Positions 1 to 14,074 are shown, counted from the stretch's first letter. The stretch: DNA of 64,000 nucleotides from Lepidodermella squamata (GCA_047495785.1 JBLDXI010000032.1:4402001-4466000), one strand, 5' to 3'. The notes: generated by a model not told the origin, from the sequence alone. Program-made: numbers and translations.

Positions 1-3000
1 TGTTTTCACTGTTATTTTTGCCGTCGAATTTTTACTCAAAGCTTACGCTTATCGATTTGAAGAGTTCATCATCGAGCCGTTCAACGTCATCGATGCGGCT
101 ATTGTAGTGATCAAGTAAAAATTTGATTCCTTATAAAGAATTTCCCTTGCAATTCCGTATTTCAGTGTTCTTGATCTCGTTTCGTCCGGATCCTCCGGCG
201 GTGGGTCTGGTTTCGCAGTTTTACGCTTATTCCGTCTCGTCCGTATTGTGAAAATAGTTCGATTCTTGCCTGCCCTTCAGCGCCAGTTGCTAATAATGAT
301 TCACACTGTCGACCACGTGGCAACGTTTTTCGTTCTACTAACTTTTTTCCTGTTCATATCGGCTCTTCTTGGCATGTCGCTTTTCGGATGCAAGTTCTGC
401 GTTATCTACTCAACCCAGCATGGGTCTTCTGAAGAGAGCGCGAATGCTGTACCCGAATTTGTCTCAGTTGGCAGGTGTACATATTCTGTAAAATCGCTCG
501 CCGACTATTTAGCTCAGTTAGCTACGACCGAGTCAGGTGGAGACCAAAATGCAACGAATGCAACGAATGCGCCAGTTCCGCAAGAGCTGATGGAATGCCC
601 GGCAGCAAACTTCGACAACGTCGGGCAAGCGCTGTTCACTGTGCTGCAAATCTTCACTCAGGACGACTGGGGCGCTATAATGAAAAATGGCATGCATTTC
701 ACGACAGATTGGGCCGGTCTTTACTTCATAGCCATCGTCACGCTTGGCAACTACATCATCTTCAATTTGCTCGTCGCCATCCTTGTCGAGGGATTCAGCA
801 GCAAAAGTGTAAGTTTTTGACTGAGAAATCAACCCTTTGCGAAACTTAATTGCAGGAGGAAGCCGTTATGAAAGCGAACAAATTGTTGGCAGCTCAGGAC
901 GATGAATTGAGCACTGCCAAGGTGCCGGTTGATATCGCCGAAGAAGTAAAACGGCAGAATACTATGCTATGGCCGTGCCGCATCGCGCGAAAGTACCACC
1001 TGCGTCTGAAAAGCAAATTTCTAGCGATGTGGAACGCTGACGGCGATGCGAATTTTTCGCTGCTAATTTTCAGACGCGATCACAAGTTGCGCGTGTTTTT
1101 GAACGCAGTACTGACGTCGCAAACCTACGAAAGCGTTCTGCTCGGCTTGGTCTTCGCCTCTTGCTTGTTGATCGCGCTCGAAAACCCGCGCATCGGCAAA
1201 AACAGCTGGGAGCGCCTCGCCCTGAAATCAATCAACCACGCCATCAACATCGCGTTCATGATCGAATGTGTCGGCAAAATAATCGCGCAGGGCTTTGCTT
1301 TCGGTCGCGATGCTTACCTGCGTTCGTGGTGGAACGTCCTCGACTTCTTCCTCATTTGCATTGCATCCGTCGATGTAGCCCTAGATGTGCTTGATCCTAA
1401 TGTAGCCAACCGTAAAATGATACAGGTACTGCGAGTTTTGCGCCTTCTTCGTGCTCTCCGGCCACTGAGAATGATCAACAAAACGCGCGGACTCAAGGTT
1501 GTCATTGAAACATTGCTGATGTCGATCAAACCTATTGGAAATATAAGTAAGCGTTTATACAGCGCGCCTTTAGATAACACTTTAAATTAATTCTAACAGT
1601 TTTGATTTGTTGCTTCTTCTTCGCGATTTTCGCAATTTTCGGAGTTCAGCTGTTCCGCGGCTGTTTCGCGCGCTGCGTCGCTCCAAAGCAAATGCCCGTT
1701 AACTTTTCGCTGATATATCCTGGCGATGGCTCTGACGGTCATAACGTCTCCAAAGAGGCTTACATCCGATGGGCCATGGAGACAATTTCGACTCTCGACA
1801 ACAAAACGCAGTGCTTGAACCACGGCCTAGAGTGGGAGACGGAGTCGTACAATTTCGACTCGTTGCCAGAAGCCCTCATGGCCCTATTCGTTTTTTCGAC
1901 TCTTGACGGCTGGGCTGATATCACGCGAAATGGCGTCGCTTGCGTTGGTGTCGACCAACAGCCTATTCCTAATTACAACCCGTGGAACTTTTTGTATTTT
2001 GTCGCTTTTCTGCTCATAGTCTGCTTTTTCGTAAGACCACTGCTTACTCCCAGGATATTTTGCGTCTTTCAACTGCTCATTTTCAGGCGTTAAACATGTT
2101 TGTCGGCGTTGTAGTCAGCAATTTTCAAAAGGTTCAGCGTAAATTTGAAGCCGAGATGATGGTGGCTGAGCAGGCTGAAAACAAGTTACAGGCCACTGTT
2201 TTCAAACGTATGTATCGTCGCCTGTCGACAGCTGCAGGTCGTAAAGTGGGAACCTGTTGCGCGAGACGAGATGAGCAGACTGCTTCTGGAGGGTCCATGG
2301 CTCGGGCAAAACTGCGCTCGTTGTCTCGCCAGAAGGCTATTGACGAGGGCAATGTCAACCAGTTTGAAATACTTTTCGGGGCTGAAAATCCAGAGCTAGC
2401 TTTTCTGTTCAATTACCCAACCTGGCGAGCGCGCCTCTACGCTTTTGTGAATCATCGATATTTCGAGTTGGTGAATCAACATTTTCAATGCAATCCGTGA
2501 TTTATTCCCTTATTAAAGGTTCGTTATGACCGCTGCGACAACTATAAATGTTGTATCAATGGCTGTCGAGTTCTACAACATGCCCCTGGCTCTTCAACGC
2601 ACTTTCGCGTACATGGGCCATGCGTTTCTCGGCCTCATCGTCGCCGAAACTATTTTGAAATTCGTTGCGCTCGGCATCGCGCGTTATTGGCGAGACAAGT
2701 GGAACCGTCTAGACTTGATCATTCTGCTGTCATCGATATGCGCGACTGTGCTGGACGAACTAAACACTGAATCTCTCCCTCTCGACCCGTCCATCATTCG
2801 AATTGCAAGAATTTTCCGAGTTTTCCGCATTCTTAAACTCTGGCGAGCTGCACAGGGTGTTCGGCGGTTGTTGCGGACACTAAGCCAAGCTATTCCTCAG
2901 GTATAAATTGCTTATCATTATACTTATATCATATCCAACGGATGATTTGCAGGTTGGCCATTTGTCTGTGCTGTTTTTGCTGTTGTTTTTCATATACGGC

Positions 3001-5727
3001 TCCCTTGGAGTTGAGCTTTATGGCCGCCTGACGTGTGAAGGCCGCGTTATCAACGATTGCGAAGGGCTGTCGCGCCACGCAAATTTCGAGAATTTCGGCA
3101 CAGCTCTGCTCACCCTGTTTCGAATATTCACCGGCGATGACTGGAACGGCATCTTGAAAGATGTTCTACGTCTATCAAACGACGATGACACATGCAAAGA
3201 GCTGGAATCGTCTGAGGATGAAGACCAGCAGGGCATCAACTGCAATATCATCCACTTCGCTTCCCCGTTTTATTTCGTGTCATTCGTATTGATTGCCCAA
3301 TTTGTCCTTATCAACGTTGTTGTTGCTGTTTTAATGGTTAGCCTAATTTTTTTATTCTACCGCAATTTATATTGATTTTTATTTTGCGGCGTCTTCAAGA
3401 GACAAATCGAGGTAAGCCATACCATATGCTTTTATCGCCCTATTCAACATTGGTATGTTTTCCAGGATGCTCACAAAGATACAAATGTCGCAAGTGCTAT
3501 TCTTCATACGAGTCAGGCTACAGGTGTTTCGCATCGCTTGAGAAGGAACAGAACTAGGGAAACGGCATTCATCGATGGGGTTCGTTTTTTGTTTACACGG
3601 ACCTTGAATTTACATATCGTTAGCGACGTTAGATTTAATTAAGATACACTTGGCTCTTGTTGTCATTTTTGCCGCCGAAGATGTTGCGTTAGGTCTGACC
3701 CAGTTTTTTTTCACCGGCTTTTGTTTACCACCACCTATCCCAGCTTGGACGCGAAGAAAATTTGGGAGATATGCCCATTTTTCGGCGTGCTGTATACTTG
3801 TCGCTTTGCTAGAAGACTACCGATATGATACCGCAGCGCAATGGAATACGGGACGCCTTGGCCATTTTACAGCCTAGTAATAGCATCCAACTACGAGTTC
3901 AAAAGCAGCGTCAGTGCGCCCTAATTCAGCTCTAATTTTGCATCTGTCAAATTTAAATAAGCCGCAAATCCGGTCAGAAAAATGATTACCTGGCCAGTCA
4001 ATAAAACCTAATTATCATTCATCTCATTTATTTTCCCTGCAAGAAGTATACTTACAGTAATCTATAGTTTTCGATCGCATAATGATGGGCTCGTGAAATT
4101 GATATGTATCTGAAATATGAAATCAGCTTAACTATCGCGAGCCTGAGGAATTTATAGCAGTCACCTAATTACGGTATATTGAAAGACAGGCGCGGATGCT
4201 GCTTGTGTCTGTGTCACTTTTATTCAATTTTGTGACAACTCTACTTCGCTTCTGTAAATTTTCCAGATAACTAGAATTCTTACCAGTCTGACAACTGGAA
4301 ATATTTCTGTGCACAGGAATATCTTGAATTCCATAATAATAACATCTTCACTCAGTTATTCAGCACATCATTTTATTACCGCTCGCAGACGAACCACTCA
4401 GATCATCCATAAGCCAGGAAGGATTACGATGAGATAATCATCGTGTTAGAAGCCAAAAAACTTTTTTTTCATCGCAACTGATGTCAGGGGTTGAATGATT
4501 TGGGTGAAATTTCTAGTTTAAAACTCACATGATTTCAAGCGATTAGAGCGATGCTGCGCTAAGTTGTCCGCGTAATTTATCTCTCGGCCTTGGGTTTTAA
4601 AGTAGCTTTTCATCTTGCAGCTTTTCACTTTCGGTGATTATTAACATTTCGGAATTCCCATTATAGCGGGAAATAATAAATCTCAAGATTGCTATATCAC
4701 CTCCTATATATTTTGGCTGCTCCTCTATTGACATCAATGCGATTTTACCATCGGGTGGCTTTTTGGCGCGTTCGAGAAGGCAAAGCGAAGAAAAGCTCTT
4801 GCGTTCTAAAGGAACTCACGTTTCGGAATTCCGACTTCTTGAAGGTATCAATATATTTATAATATGTAATATACTCAGAAATACGCAGAGCTTTCATTGT
4901 TTTTCAAATTCGTGACAAGCGGGGCTAATGTTTGTATTAGAACCCTTGCTGAGTTATGCAATTAACAGTCAAGTTGTTGGCATTTAGTTTTATCGTATAA
5001 GAGCCGCAGGGCTATTTTTTACAGTCGATTAATAATCACTTCCGTTCCCTTTTTTCTTCAGGTTGACTTTTCTTCGATGCCTACGAACAACAGCGGAAAA
5101 ATTTCATTGGATTTGCTTGATGATGAATTCATGGTACTATTTCCGCATAAAGTTTATTCTTAATAACTCCTTTCTTTGAATCAGATTATGAAATTGGAAA
5201 GATTGGCGCAAGGTCTAGATGACGACGATGATGTGATAACAGAGGAAGAACTGGCAACTCTGGCGATGCGGAAACACCAACGGCTGATGCGCGAACAAGA
5301 CGAAAGGCGGCGGTTGTTGACTCTTCAGCCAACGGCATCCTCGGCTTCGACTCAAAGTCGGTTGAGCCACCAGCCGTCCGTGCATCTCACCGCTGCAAAC
5401 ATCACAATCGTCATCGACGATGACAGTCGGTCATCTACTTCGAGCAGCAGCAGCAGCGGCAGTGCCACGTCTGAGCGTAGAGACAGCGTGACGGCTGCTC
5501 AGCGAGCGCTGGACAGCCGCGTAATTCGAAGAATGGCGTCAAATACATTCACTAATCCTCCATCTACCCTTAGATCGCCCGAACAGCATTTGTTCAGTAG
5601 GCAGCTTCGGCAGCTGAAGCAGCAGCTTATCGGCGGCGACGATGGCGGCGGAGATTCGTCTTCTGTTGTGCCGGAAACATTTCCAAAATTCGTCTACTTC
5701 AAACGCGGCGAAAAAATTATTAGTTAA
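1..5727 (+). CDS. Cav3: T-type (Cav3-like) voltage-gated channel alpha1 subunit, copy 1; 5'-partial (domain II S2 to C-terminus)
   Basis: Exons approx <1-114, 166-808, 856-1546, 1600-2030, 2087-2466, 2519-2900, 2953-3336, 3400-3411, 3466-3579, 5062-5133, 5185-5727. Cav3 signatures: [66 protein letters not shown]. Pore loops TQDDW / STLDGW / TGDDW. The C-terminal exons after 3400 are less certain. Confidence 0.9.
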
Positions 5728-6758
5728 TTATTTGCGAAATAATAACAGCGATTTACGCGTTGTTTCTTAATCCTCCTCATCGCTATTTTGATGGTGGCAA
5801 TGAATTGAAAAAATATATAAATAAAAATATGAAATGGGCAATTGACTGTGCACCGGGGCGGAAGGACGTGCGGCCGTTGCTCGCCGGCGCCGTCGCCGCC
5901 GATACTGCTGTGATTTCTGCGATCGATGTCTGCCTTGTGGCCTGTGCGCGTACCGAAATGTTGCCAGCCGCCGCGGAAACAACAGCGGCGGCGGCGGGCG
6001 ACGACGACGAAGGAGATGAAAGACACCAGTTTTCATGTCTTGTGTTTTTGTTTATCCAAGTTGAGCTTCCCTCTCTATCTCCCGAGCCGTGTTATTATTA
6101 TTTCTATTTGCCGATGTGCCTGTTATAGTTAAGTCGCTAAATTACTGTTATTTACCGCGCGTGCCGATGATTATTATGGCAATCAACGCTCGGCTTTCGG
6201 TCAGCGGGAGGCCGGCGGTAATTATTATACTACTCGCCACTGTGCCATCATCGCCATTTGTATGTGTGTGTATTTTGTGAGTTGTATAAGTCGGTGATGG
6301 CGGTAGTTTTTAGCGTTCGAAAACACAAATAATAAATCTTGTCGATCGATGCAAGCACCCATCGTTACTATACTTATTTTAATAAAATAAAGCACAAGTA
6401 CCTATTGCTATTTTAGAGTTTGCCATTAATTCCCCAGTGCTTACGGCTTGTCTTGACACTTTTTAAATGGTGTCAATTTAACTCGGCCGCGCCGCTTTGG
6501 CTCTGCTACTGAGATTTTATGGCCGCTATTTAACAAGTCAAAAATCGATAGATCGTCGCCTGATTGCCAAAAAACCGAGAACGGCGCGTGTCCTGCTAAA
6601 TGCCGTTGTATCCCACTCTTCCGGTAGTAGTGAGCTATCTATAGTATTGGTGAAACCGCACTGACTACACACGATAAGTTGTTGCAATTACGAGCTACCG
6701 CCGACACCTAATGTCGGATGTGAGGCCGACGACGCCGTAGCCTAGCTCGAGCCGTGCA

Positions 6759-9700
6759 ATGAACAGAAGCGATGACATCGAAGCAGCCGAAGAACCTCTC
6801 GAAGAAGCTACTACAGCTCTGCCACCCTCCGCCTTTGTTGTAACAACAGACAGCATAAACGATGTTGAGAGCCCTGCTGCCGCTGCCGCTGCTGGCGATG
6901 ATAGGCCGCCATCGTCGCAGCCATCAAACAAGTTTTCGGAAAAGGCTTGCTTTTTGATCGGCCCCGAAAACTCATTCCGTCGCGCTGCTATTCGACTCGT
7001 CACGTCAAGATAAGTGTTTAAAATTCAAAGAAAAATTTCAAATTTTTTTTTGCTCTAATTACCCTTTAAACTCTATTTGTACAAAGTTTCATAGTTAGGG
7101 GCCCCAGGAAACTAGGTCTGGGCGCTAACGGGTTAATGATATAATGTCCCTTTTTCGAGGTTCTTTTGCCGATTTTTGTTCAAATGAATTTAACCCCATT
7201 CGTTTCATTTGAGGTTTTTCATTTCTATTATGGAAAATTATTCCTACCTTTATTTTGCTTGCTTCTTATTTTACATGGTTCGAGCGGTTTTCGATACTCA
7301 TGATTATCGCGAACAGCGTGACGCTGGGCATGGCCGATCCGTGCGACGTCGGCTGCCGCAAGCCGCTGTGCGAAGCGCTCGAAATCGTAGAGCACGTAAT
7401 TTTCGGGTTCTTTTTCGTCGAGATGCTCATCAAAATGCTGGCAATGGGCGTTTACGGCCCGAAGGCCTACCTCAACGAACCGTGGAACTGCTTCGACTTT
7501 TTTATTGTGATTGTCGGGTAAAACTTAGTATTCATTTTTAAATCTAAATATCTGAGTTTTCTTATGACGAAGCATTGCCGAATACCTGTTTTCAGAGCAA
7601 GATATTAATTTGTCGGCGATTCGCGCCCTTCGTGTTTTGCGTCCTCTGCGAGCCATCAATCGAATCTCAAGCCTGCGACTTCTTGTAACTCTTATCCTCG
7701 ATATTTTGCCAATGCTGGGCAATGGTAATAGTTCTTGCTGAATCCATAATTTAAAGATTTATCTCGAATTGTGCTAGTGATGATATTCTGCGTCTTCCTC
7801 TTCTTCGTCTTCGGCATCATCTCCGTTCAGTTGTGGGCCGGCGTTCTGCGGCAAAGGTGTTTCTTCCCTGAAATCAGCGCTTCCGATAACACTTCAGTCA
7901 ATGAAGTTTGATATTTACAATTCGAGCTTCATTCGAAATTATATTTTTTGTGATTTTAGCAACCACCCGATTTCATGCCAAAACATTATAAATTATCGCA
8001 CGATGAATACGTGTGCTCGCCTATATTCGGCATGCGTACCTGTGACCAAATACCGTTGTTTGAGTGGGTTTACTTTCCTTGTTATTTTCTCCCTTTGTTA
8101 TAGTTTTGCCGATTTCAGGGAACATGGCTCAATGTGCAATGAATTATTCGCAGATGATCCTAGCAAGTTGGCTACGTGCCATAAGTGGGTGCTCAACTAC
8201 ACCGACTGTCGCGCTGAGGCTGAAAATCCCGGTTATGGAATGACGAATTTCGATAATATAGGGTAAGCATTGCTTGAGGTTATATTGCTTAATCCTTACT
8301 GATTTCTGTCTAGATACGCATCAATCGCAATATTCCAGGTGATTTCGTTAGAGGGATGGGTCGACGTGATGTACTATGTCCAAGACGCGTTTTCGTTCTG
8401 GGCCTGGACCTATTTTGTTCTTCTCGTCCTCGTATGAAATTTCAGTATTCAGCATTCATAATTCTATTTTTCCCTTGATAATTCTAGCTCGGATCCTACT
8501 TCGCAGTCAAACTTTGCTTGGTTGTAATTGCAGCTCAATTTTCGGTTACTCGAATGAGGGTGAAGGAAAGGATTGTTAGTAATTTTTTCAATCAATACCA
8601 TGCCATGATCTAGGCTTACTTTTGTTTCAGAGAGAGGAGCGAATAGAAAAGGCGCGTGAGAAGGGAATATCCGAAGACCAGTTGTCTTGTTCATCAGACA
8701 GTTCCGACGACGAAAACGGCGGACTGTACGCCCAAATTCTCGACCTCCTCGTCTATCTAGGCAGACAGGCCTTCCGGACAGTCTGCCGGGCCAAGTTCAA
8801 AAACGACCGACTACTCGCCATCGCCATGGTACCTCGTGGCACGCGAAGCCGCGTGTGCACCACATGCCAATCGACCATCACTGTTCCAGAGGATCAAGCT
8901 TGCCCGACTTGCGATGAGAAGCGCGTCAAAGAGGAACGGCATAAAAACGATCAGTCACCACTGGGCCGATTGAAGCGTGGTATTTTCGTCAGTCGCATGT
9001 GGATTCGGAACATAACAGAAAGCGACCGTTTTCAGGCCTTCATCGCCGGTCTCATAGTCATCAACGCAGTCATAATGGGCACTGAACACTATGGCCAGGT
9101 AAGTTGAGTTTTAAATTCGAATTGACCGGGAACTTTAATCTTTTGCTGAATAGCCTGAAGAGCTGACTGATTTCGTTGAGATTACCAATGCTGCATTCAC
9201 TGTTGTTTACGTGCTCGAGCTCATCGTGCGATTCTATGCGCTGGGTCCTCAAACTTTCATCCGAGAGGCTTTCAACATGCTCGATGTTCTCGTTATTATC
9301 ATCAAGTAATAATTGATATCTCAAGAGCTGATTAAATTGTTTTCCTGACTATATTTCAGTATGGTTGAGCTATTGGACAGTCGACAAGGTGGCTCTGGCC
9401 TGTCTGTGCTTCGCCTTTTTCGCTTATTCCGGCTCGTGAAAATTCTGAGATTTTTACCTGCCCTACAAAAACAGCTCATCCTTATGTTACATACCGTCGA
9501 TAACGTCGCAACCTTTTTCGTTCTGCTTTTCTTCATCATGTACGTGTCAGCCCTGCTGGGGATGAACTTGTTCGGCTGCAAGTTCTGCCCGCATGCCGCT
9601 GAGTCAGCTTCGCAGGTCGACCAGGTCGCGTACTCGGTGAATGTATCGGATGACATCAAAGTCACGTTCATGGGCTCGTGCCGTTTCAAAGTTCTGCCAC

Positions 9701-12700
9701 TGGCCAGCCCTGCAAAGGTGGAAACGACGCCGCTGATCGGCGGTGCGAAAAGCGACAAAGATGACGATGAAGTCGATTGCACGGAGGCCAACTTTGACAC
9801 TGTTTTCCATTCGCTGTTCACGGTTTTGCAAATTTTCACGCGTGACGATTGGGCGGCGGTCATGCGAGACGGCATGTTTTACACCAGTGAATGGGCGGCG
9901 ATCTATTTCGTTGTACTGGTCACCGTTGGCGATTACATCATCTTCAACTTGCTAGTCGGTATCCTCGTGGAAGGATTCAGCAGTAAACAGGTGAGTTAAC
10001 ACGGCTTAATTGGAGAAATAATCCTCTCGCGAAAAATTACTCCGAATGTTAAGATCGAAGCATGGGATCGGGAAGTTCGATTTGAGAGCTTTTTCGTCCC
10101 TTTTCAAGAGCGAAAATTGTCTAAATTGGACTATTTCGGGTGAGTCCGTTGGGCTTCATGTTAATTTTACGGTCAAACGGACTCGATAAACCGAAACTGG
10201 TGGTCTAAGCTGGACCGATTCTGTGGTCAAAATCCGGTCTAAGCATGACAATGGTCTTTATCAGAGGATTTGAGGGGAAATACAGCACCTACTTGACAAA
10301 CTTCGCCCCACAATTTTTGAAATTTTGAATCGGTCAAAATAACCGACTGTTTTTATCGAAATTATCGAATTTCAGTTGAAAATAACCGGAACATTTTTCC
10401 AAGAGGCCTTATTACGGCATAGACAGTTTTCACTGTACATGGCTAATGTTTTCCAGTCTAATGATTTTAATGATTTTCACCTGCAATTTGTAGGAAGAAG
10501 AGCTGGAGAAGCACATGCATAAAAAAGCCGACAAAGAGGCGTTGGAAAATAAGCAGAACCAGCCTGTCATCGTAGGACCTGGCTGTCTAGAGCGGATAGC
10601 TGCCTATTTCGACGCCCTGGGTACTGATGCTGCTTTATTTATTCTACCCGCCGACAACGTGCTGAGAGTGGCGCTCAAAAAAATTGTTTCATCCACAATG
10701 TGGGATTCTGTTTTTCTGTGTTTCACCCTGGTAAGCTGCGGCGTTATCGTCTTGGAACGCCCGGCGATCGAGGCCGAGAGTCAGGAGCGGTTCATACTTA
10801 CTGTCACATCATACACCGTCAGTTTGATATTTCTTATCGAGGCTTTGGCGAAAATTCTGGCAAATGGCTTCATCCTAGGCAGAGAGGCGTATCTAAGGAA
10901 CGGATGGAATGTTCTCGACTTCTTTCTTCTACTACTCGCCGGTGTCGATTTGTTCCTCGAGCTCATTCATTCTAATGTGGCCAATAAAGGGCTGATTCAT
11001 GCATTACGGCCAGTTCGTCTGCTGCGCGCCCTCCGCCCACTGCGCCTCATCAGCCGGGCGCAAGGCCTCCGAGTTGTCCTCCAGACCCTCGCTCTGTCAG
11101 TTAAACCGATCGGGCACATCATTCTCGTTTGCTGCTTCTTCTTCGGCATTTTCGCCATCCTCGGCGTGCAGCTGTTCAGCGGATGTTACGCGAAATGCGT
11201 GCCGCCTCGTGCCCACGGCCATGCGTCTGAATTGGCCGAAAACATGACAACAACACTGTCATCCCTGCCTATTTGGAGCATGACAGAGGCGCAAATCGCT
11301 GAATTGATCGAAAAAGTGAAAACACGCGCCGAGTGCGTCGGCCACGGCCTCGAGTGGGAGATCGAATCGTACAATTTCAACTCACTGCCAAGCGCTCTGA
11401 TGGCGCTGTTTGTCTTCGCTACACTGGACGGTTGGAGCGACATCACGCGGAAAGGCGCGAATTGCGCTGGGCCGGACCTTTCGCCTGAGCACGGCGCGTT
11501 TGCCTGGAGTTACGTCTATTTCATATCGTTCCTTTTCATCGCATGCTTCTTCGTGAGTGATTATTTTGTAATTTATTCGCTGAAATTCATCGTTTTCTTC
11601 CAGGCTTTGAACATGTTCGTTGGTGTGGTTGTGAATAATTTCCAAAAGGTGAACGCCCGAATGGCCGCTGAATTGGCGCTAGCTGCGAAGGTCAAAACAT
11701 CGGAAATTTTGCTTGATCGATTGCGAAAACGGTTCTTTCCGAGCCGCGGCCGCTGCGCTCGCTGTTTTGGCGGTAAAACTCCATCGAACGCTAAAAGCGC
11801 ACGAAAGGCCAACTTTTGGGAAAATTATTCTCCGTGGCGATTGGCTATTTACAAAGTTATGACTCATCCTACCACTGAGGTAAGTCGAAATTTTTAGCAG
11901 GACCTTTGCTTTTGTGCTTAAATTCATGGGGAAAGCCCAGTAGCCCGAAAATTCTGCCGAAATGAATGAATCTAAATTTGTGCACCACTAAAAATGACGT
12001 TCAAGCCTTGAAATTGAGCGTCCTAGCATTTAATTTATGGCTTCGTTGCGATTTCGGCTTTTTCGTTTGTTGATCGACTATGCTATGTAGAAAAATTATC
12101 GGTGTTCCAAGCTGTTTGATATTGTAGAAATCGCTGATTTTCAAAATCGATACCTGAAATCAATATCGGCTCTGCATGCCGAAGTATAAATCGTAAACTA
12201 ACCGCTCATGGCGCAAAGTGCCCTTAGTATTGAGCTATATCAGCTAGGCATGACAAAAAATTGAGATTCCAGGGTAGACGTGGCATTCGAATTGTTAGAC
12301 TTTGGGAAATGTAGTGCCGGAGGTCCAAACTTATTGCTTATTGTTGGAGCCCTAAATTTAGGGCGTGAACTTGGTACTCTTGATCTCAATTCGACCATAT
12401 AAATGCTGAAATGCTATGGAAAAAATTCGAAATTAATAATCGATCCAACCTAAACGATTTCATCCAAGATTTAATGATAAGATCAATTCTTTGAATTAGA
12501 TGGTTGTTATGGGCGCTGTGGCAATAAACGTGCTTTCGATGGCGACCGAGTCTTACCGCATGCCCGAGTGGTTGGATCGAGCCGCCAATATCACCGGTTA
12601 CGCTTTCATGGCCCTCCTGACACTGGAGATGATCCTTAAACTAATCGCTCTCGGCATCAGGCGGTACATTGCCGACAAATGGAACCAACTCGACCTCGTT

Positions 12701-14074
12701 GTTACGCTTTCCTCATTCGCCGGCGTTCTTTTGGAGAACATTGACACGCAACTACTGCCGCTGAATCCTTCGATTGTTCGCATTGCAAGAGTTTTTCGCA
12801 TTGCGCGTATCATCAAGTTGTGGCGCGCGGCCAAAAACTTGCACGCACTCCTTGACACGGCGAGCGAGGCAATTCCTCAGGTCATCAATCTTTCGATTCT
12901 GTTCGTGCTGCTATTCTTTATCTACGGCTCACTTGGCGTGCAGCTATACGGCCGGTTCGACTGCCAGTACGAAAAGTGTGATGGGCTATCGCGACACGCC
13001 AACTTCCGCCACTTCGGCATGGCCATTTTAACGCTATTTCGAATATTCACGGGCGATAATTGGAATTACATTCTGAAGGATGTCCTTCGCATGTCCCACG
13101 ACCCGAAGCTCTGCGAAACCGTGGCCAGCGAGGAGAATGAAGCGTCGACCGGTCTCAGTATTCCGTGCGGGGTCATAAGTGCCGTCGCGCCGATTTACTT
13201 TGTCTCGTTTGTCCTTCTAGCCCAATTGTGAGTTTATTTTTTGCTTTAATAATAACAAAAATTCATGTGTTTAATTTTCAGTGTGCTAATCAATATTGTG
13301 GTGGCGGTGCTAATGCAACAAATCGAAAACGTTCACATGCGGGAACTGGAGGAGGAGAGGCGCGCATCGGCGAAAGCTCGCGAATCTGCCAACACAAAAA
13401 TGCCAGAAATCGTCGAAATCATTCAAAAGCATGCCTTCGAAGATTTGGCAACTCAAGAGGTTGGTTTCAATATCATTCATAAAAAGCTGGTGTATATAAC
13501 CGCTCTATTTGAATAGGAGCCCGTGCTGTTACCTGGGTTCAATACCTGGGAGGTGATCAGCATCGTGTCTACCGACTACGTAATTCGCCAGGAAATTTGC
13601 GATGCTGCTTACCTGACTGCCCGGCTGCGTCGCCTCATGCGTCGCCAGGGCCCTAATATCGCCGTCGACCGTGACGGGGACATTTCGATGCAACACACTG
13701 CAATACCCGTCTGCGCGACTCCATCCGGTTCGTCGACGCTCTCAGCCTCGGCGTCAATTGGTGCCCGCACCCTTCGCGCGTCGCCCTCCGTCCTCACGGT
13801 CGGTCATTCACCGTCCTCAACGGTGCGTCGCTCTTCCCTGGTCTACGACTGGCGCGACTGGCGGCGCGTGGCCGAAGAAATCAGCAGTGATTTCGCGCGC
13901 ACGCCAGACCGGGCGCAGGCGATAGCTGCTTACCTGGAGATGCGGCAACGGCAGTTGTCTCGCGCCTCTTCAGGCGCGATGTGGACAAACTGGGACGATG
14001 CGGTGCTGCCCAGTCCGTCGATATCGGAACAGCTCGTCGAGTGCGCGTCGTGCCAGTTCGACACTTGGGACTGA
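6759..14074 (+). CDS. Cav3: T-type (Cav3-like) voltage-gated channel alpha1 subunit, copy 2 (complete, filter EDDD)
   Basis: Exons approx 6759-7009, 7275-7517, 7573-7724, 7778-7905, 7960-8063, 8119-8262, 8314-8431, 8488-8574, 8631-9098, 9154-9305, 9360-9990, 10494-11552, 11604-11879, 12500-13227, 13282-13459, 13517-14074. Four intact S4 segments. Pore loops SLEGW (E 8351), TRDDW (D 9844), TLDGW (D 11427), TGDNW (D 13055). Gating-brake-like helix-loop-helix after IS6. Confidence 0.92.
7010..7274 (+). other. AT-AC intron (265 nt) in Cav3 copy 2, donor ATAAGT
   Basis: Joining ...TCA AG|ATAAGT...TTTTAC|A TGG TTC GAG restores [15 protein letters not shown], colinear with the intronless copy 3 sequence [15 protein letters not shown]. 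Read-through hits TAA, and no GT-AG pair preserves the W-F-E residues. Confidence 0.8.

Noticed and set aside
6711-6758. In-frame upstream ATG separated from the copy 2 start by a TAG (possible readthrough or uORF)
   Set aside because: It gives only 9 codons and there is no homology to support an extension; it cannot be told from chance.
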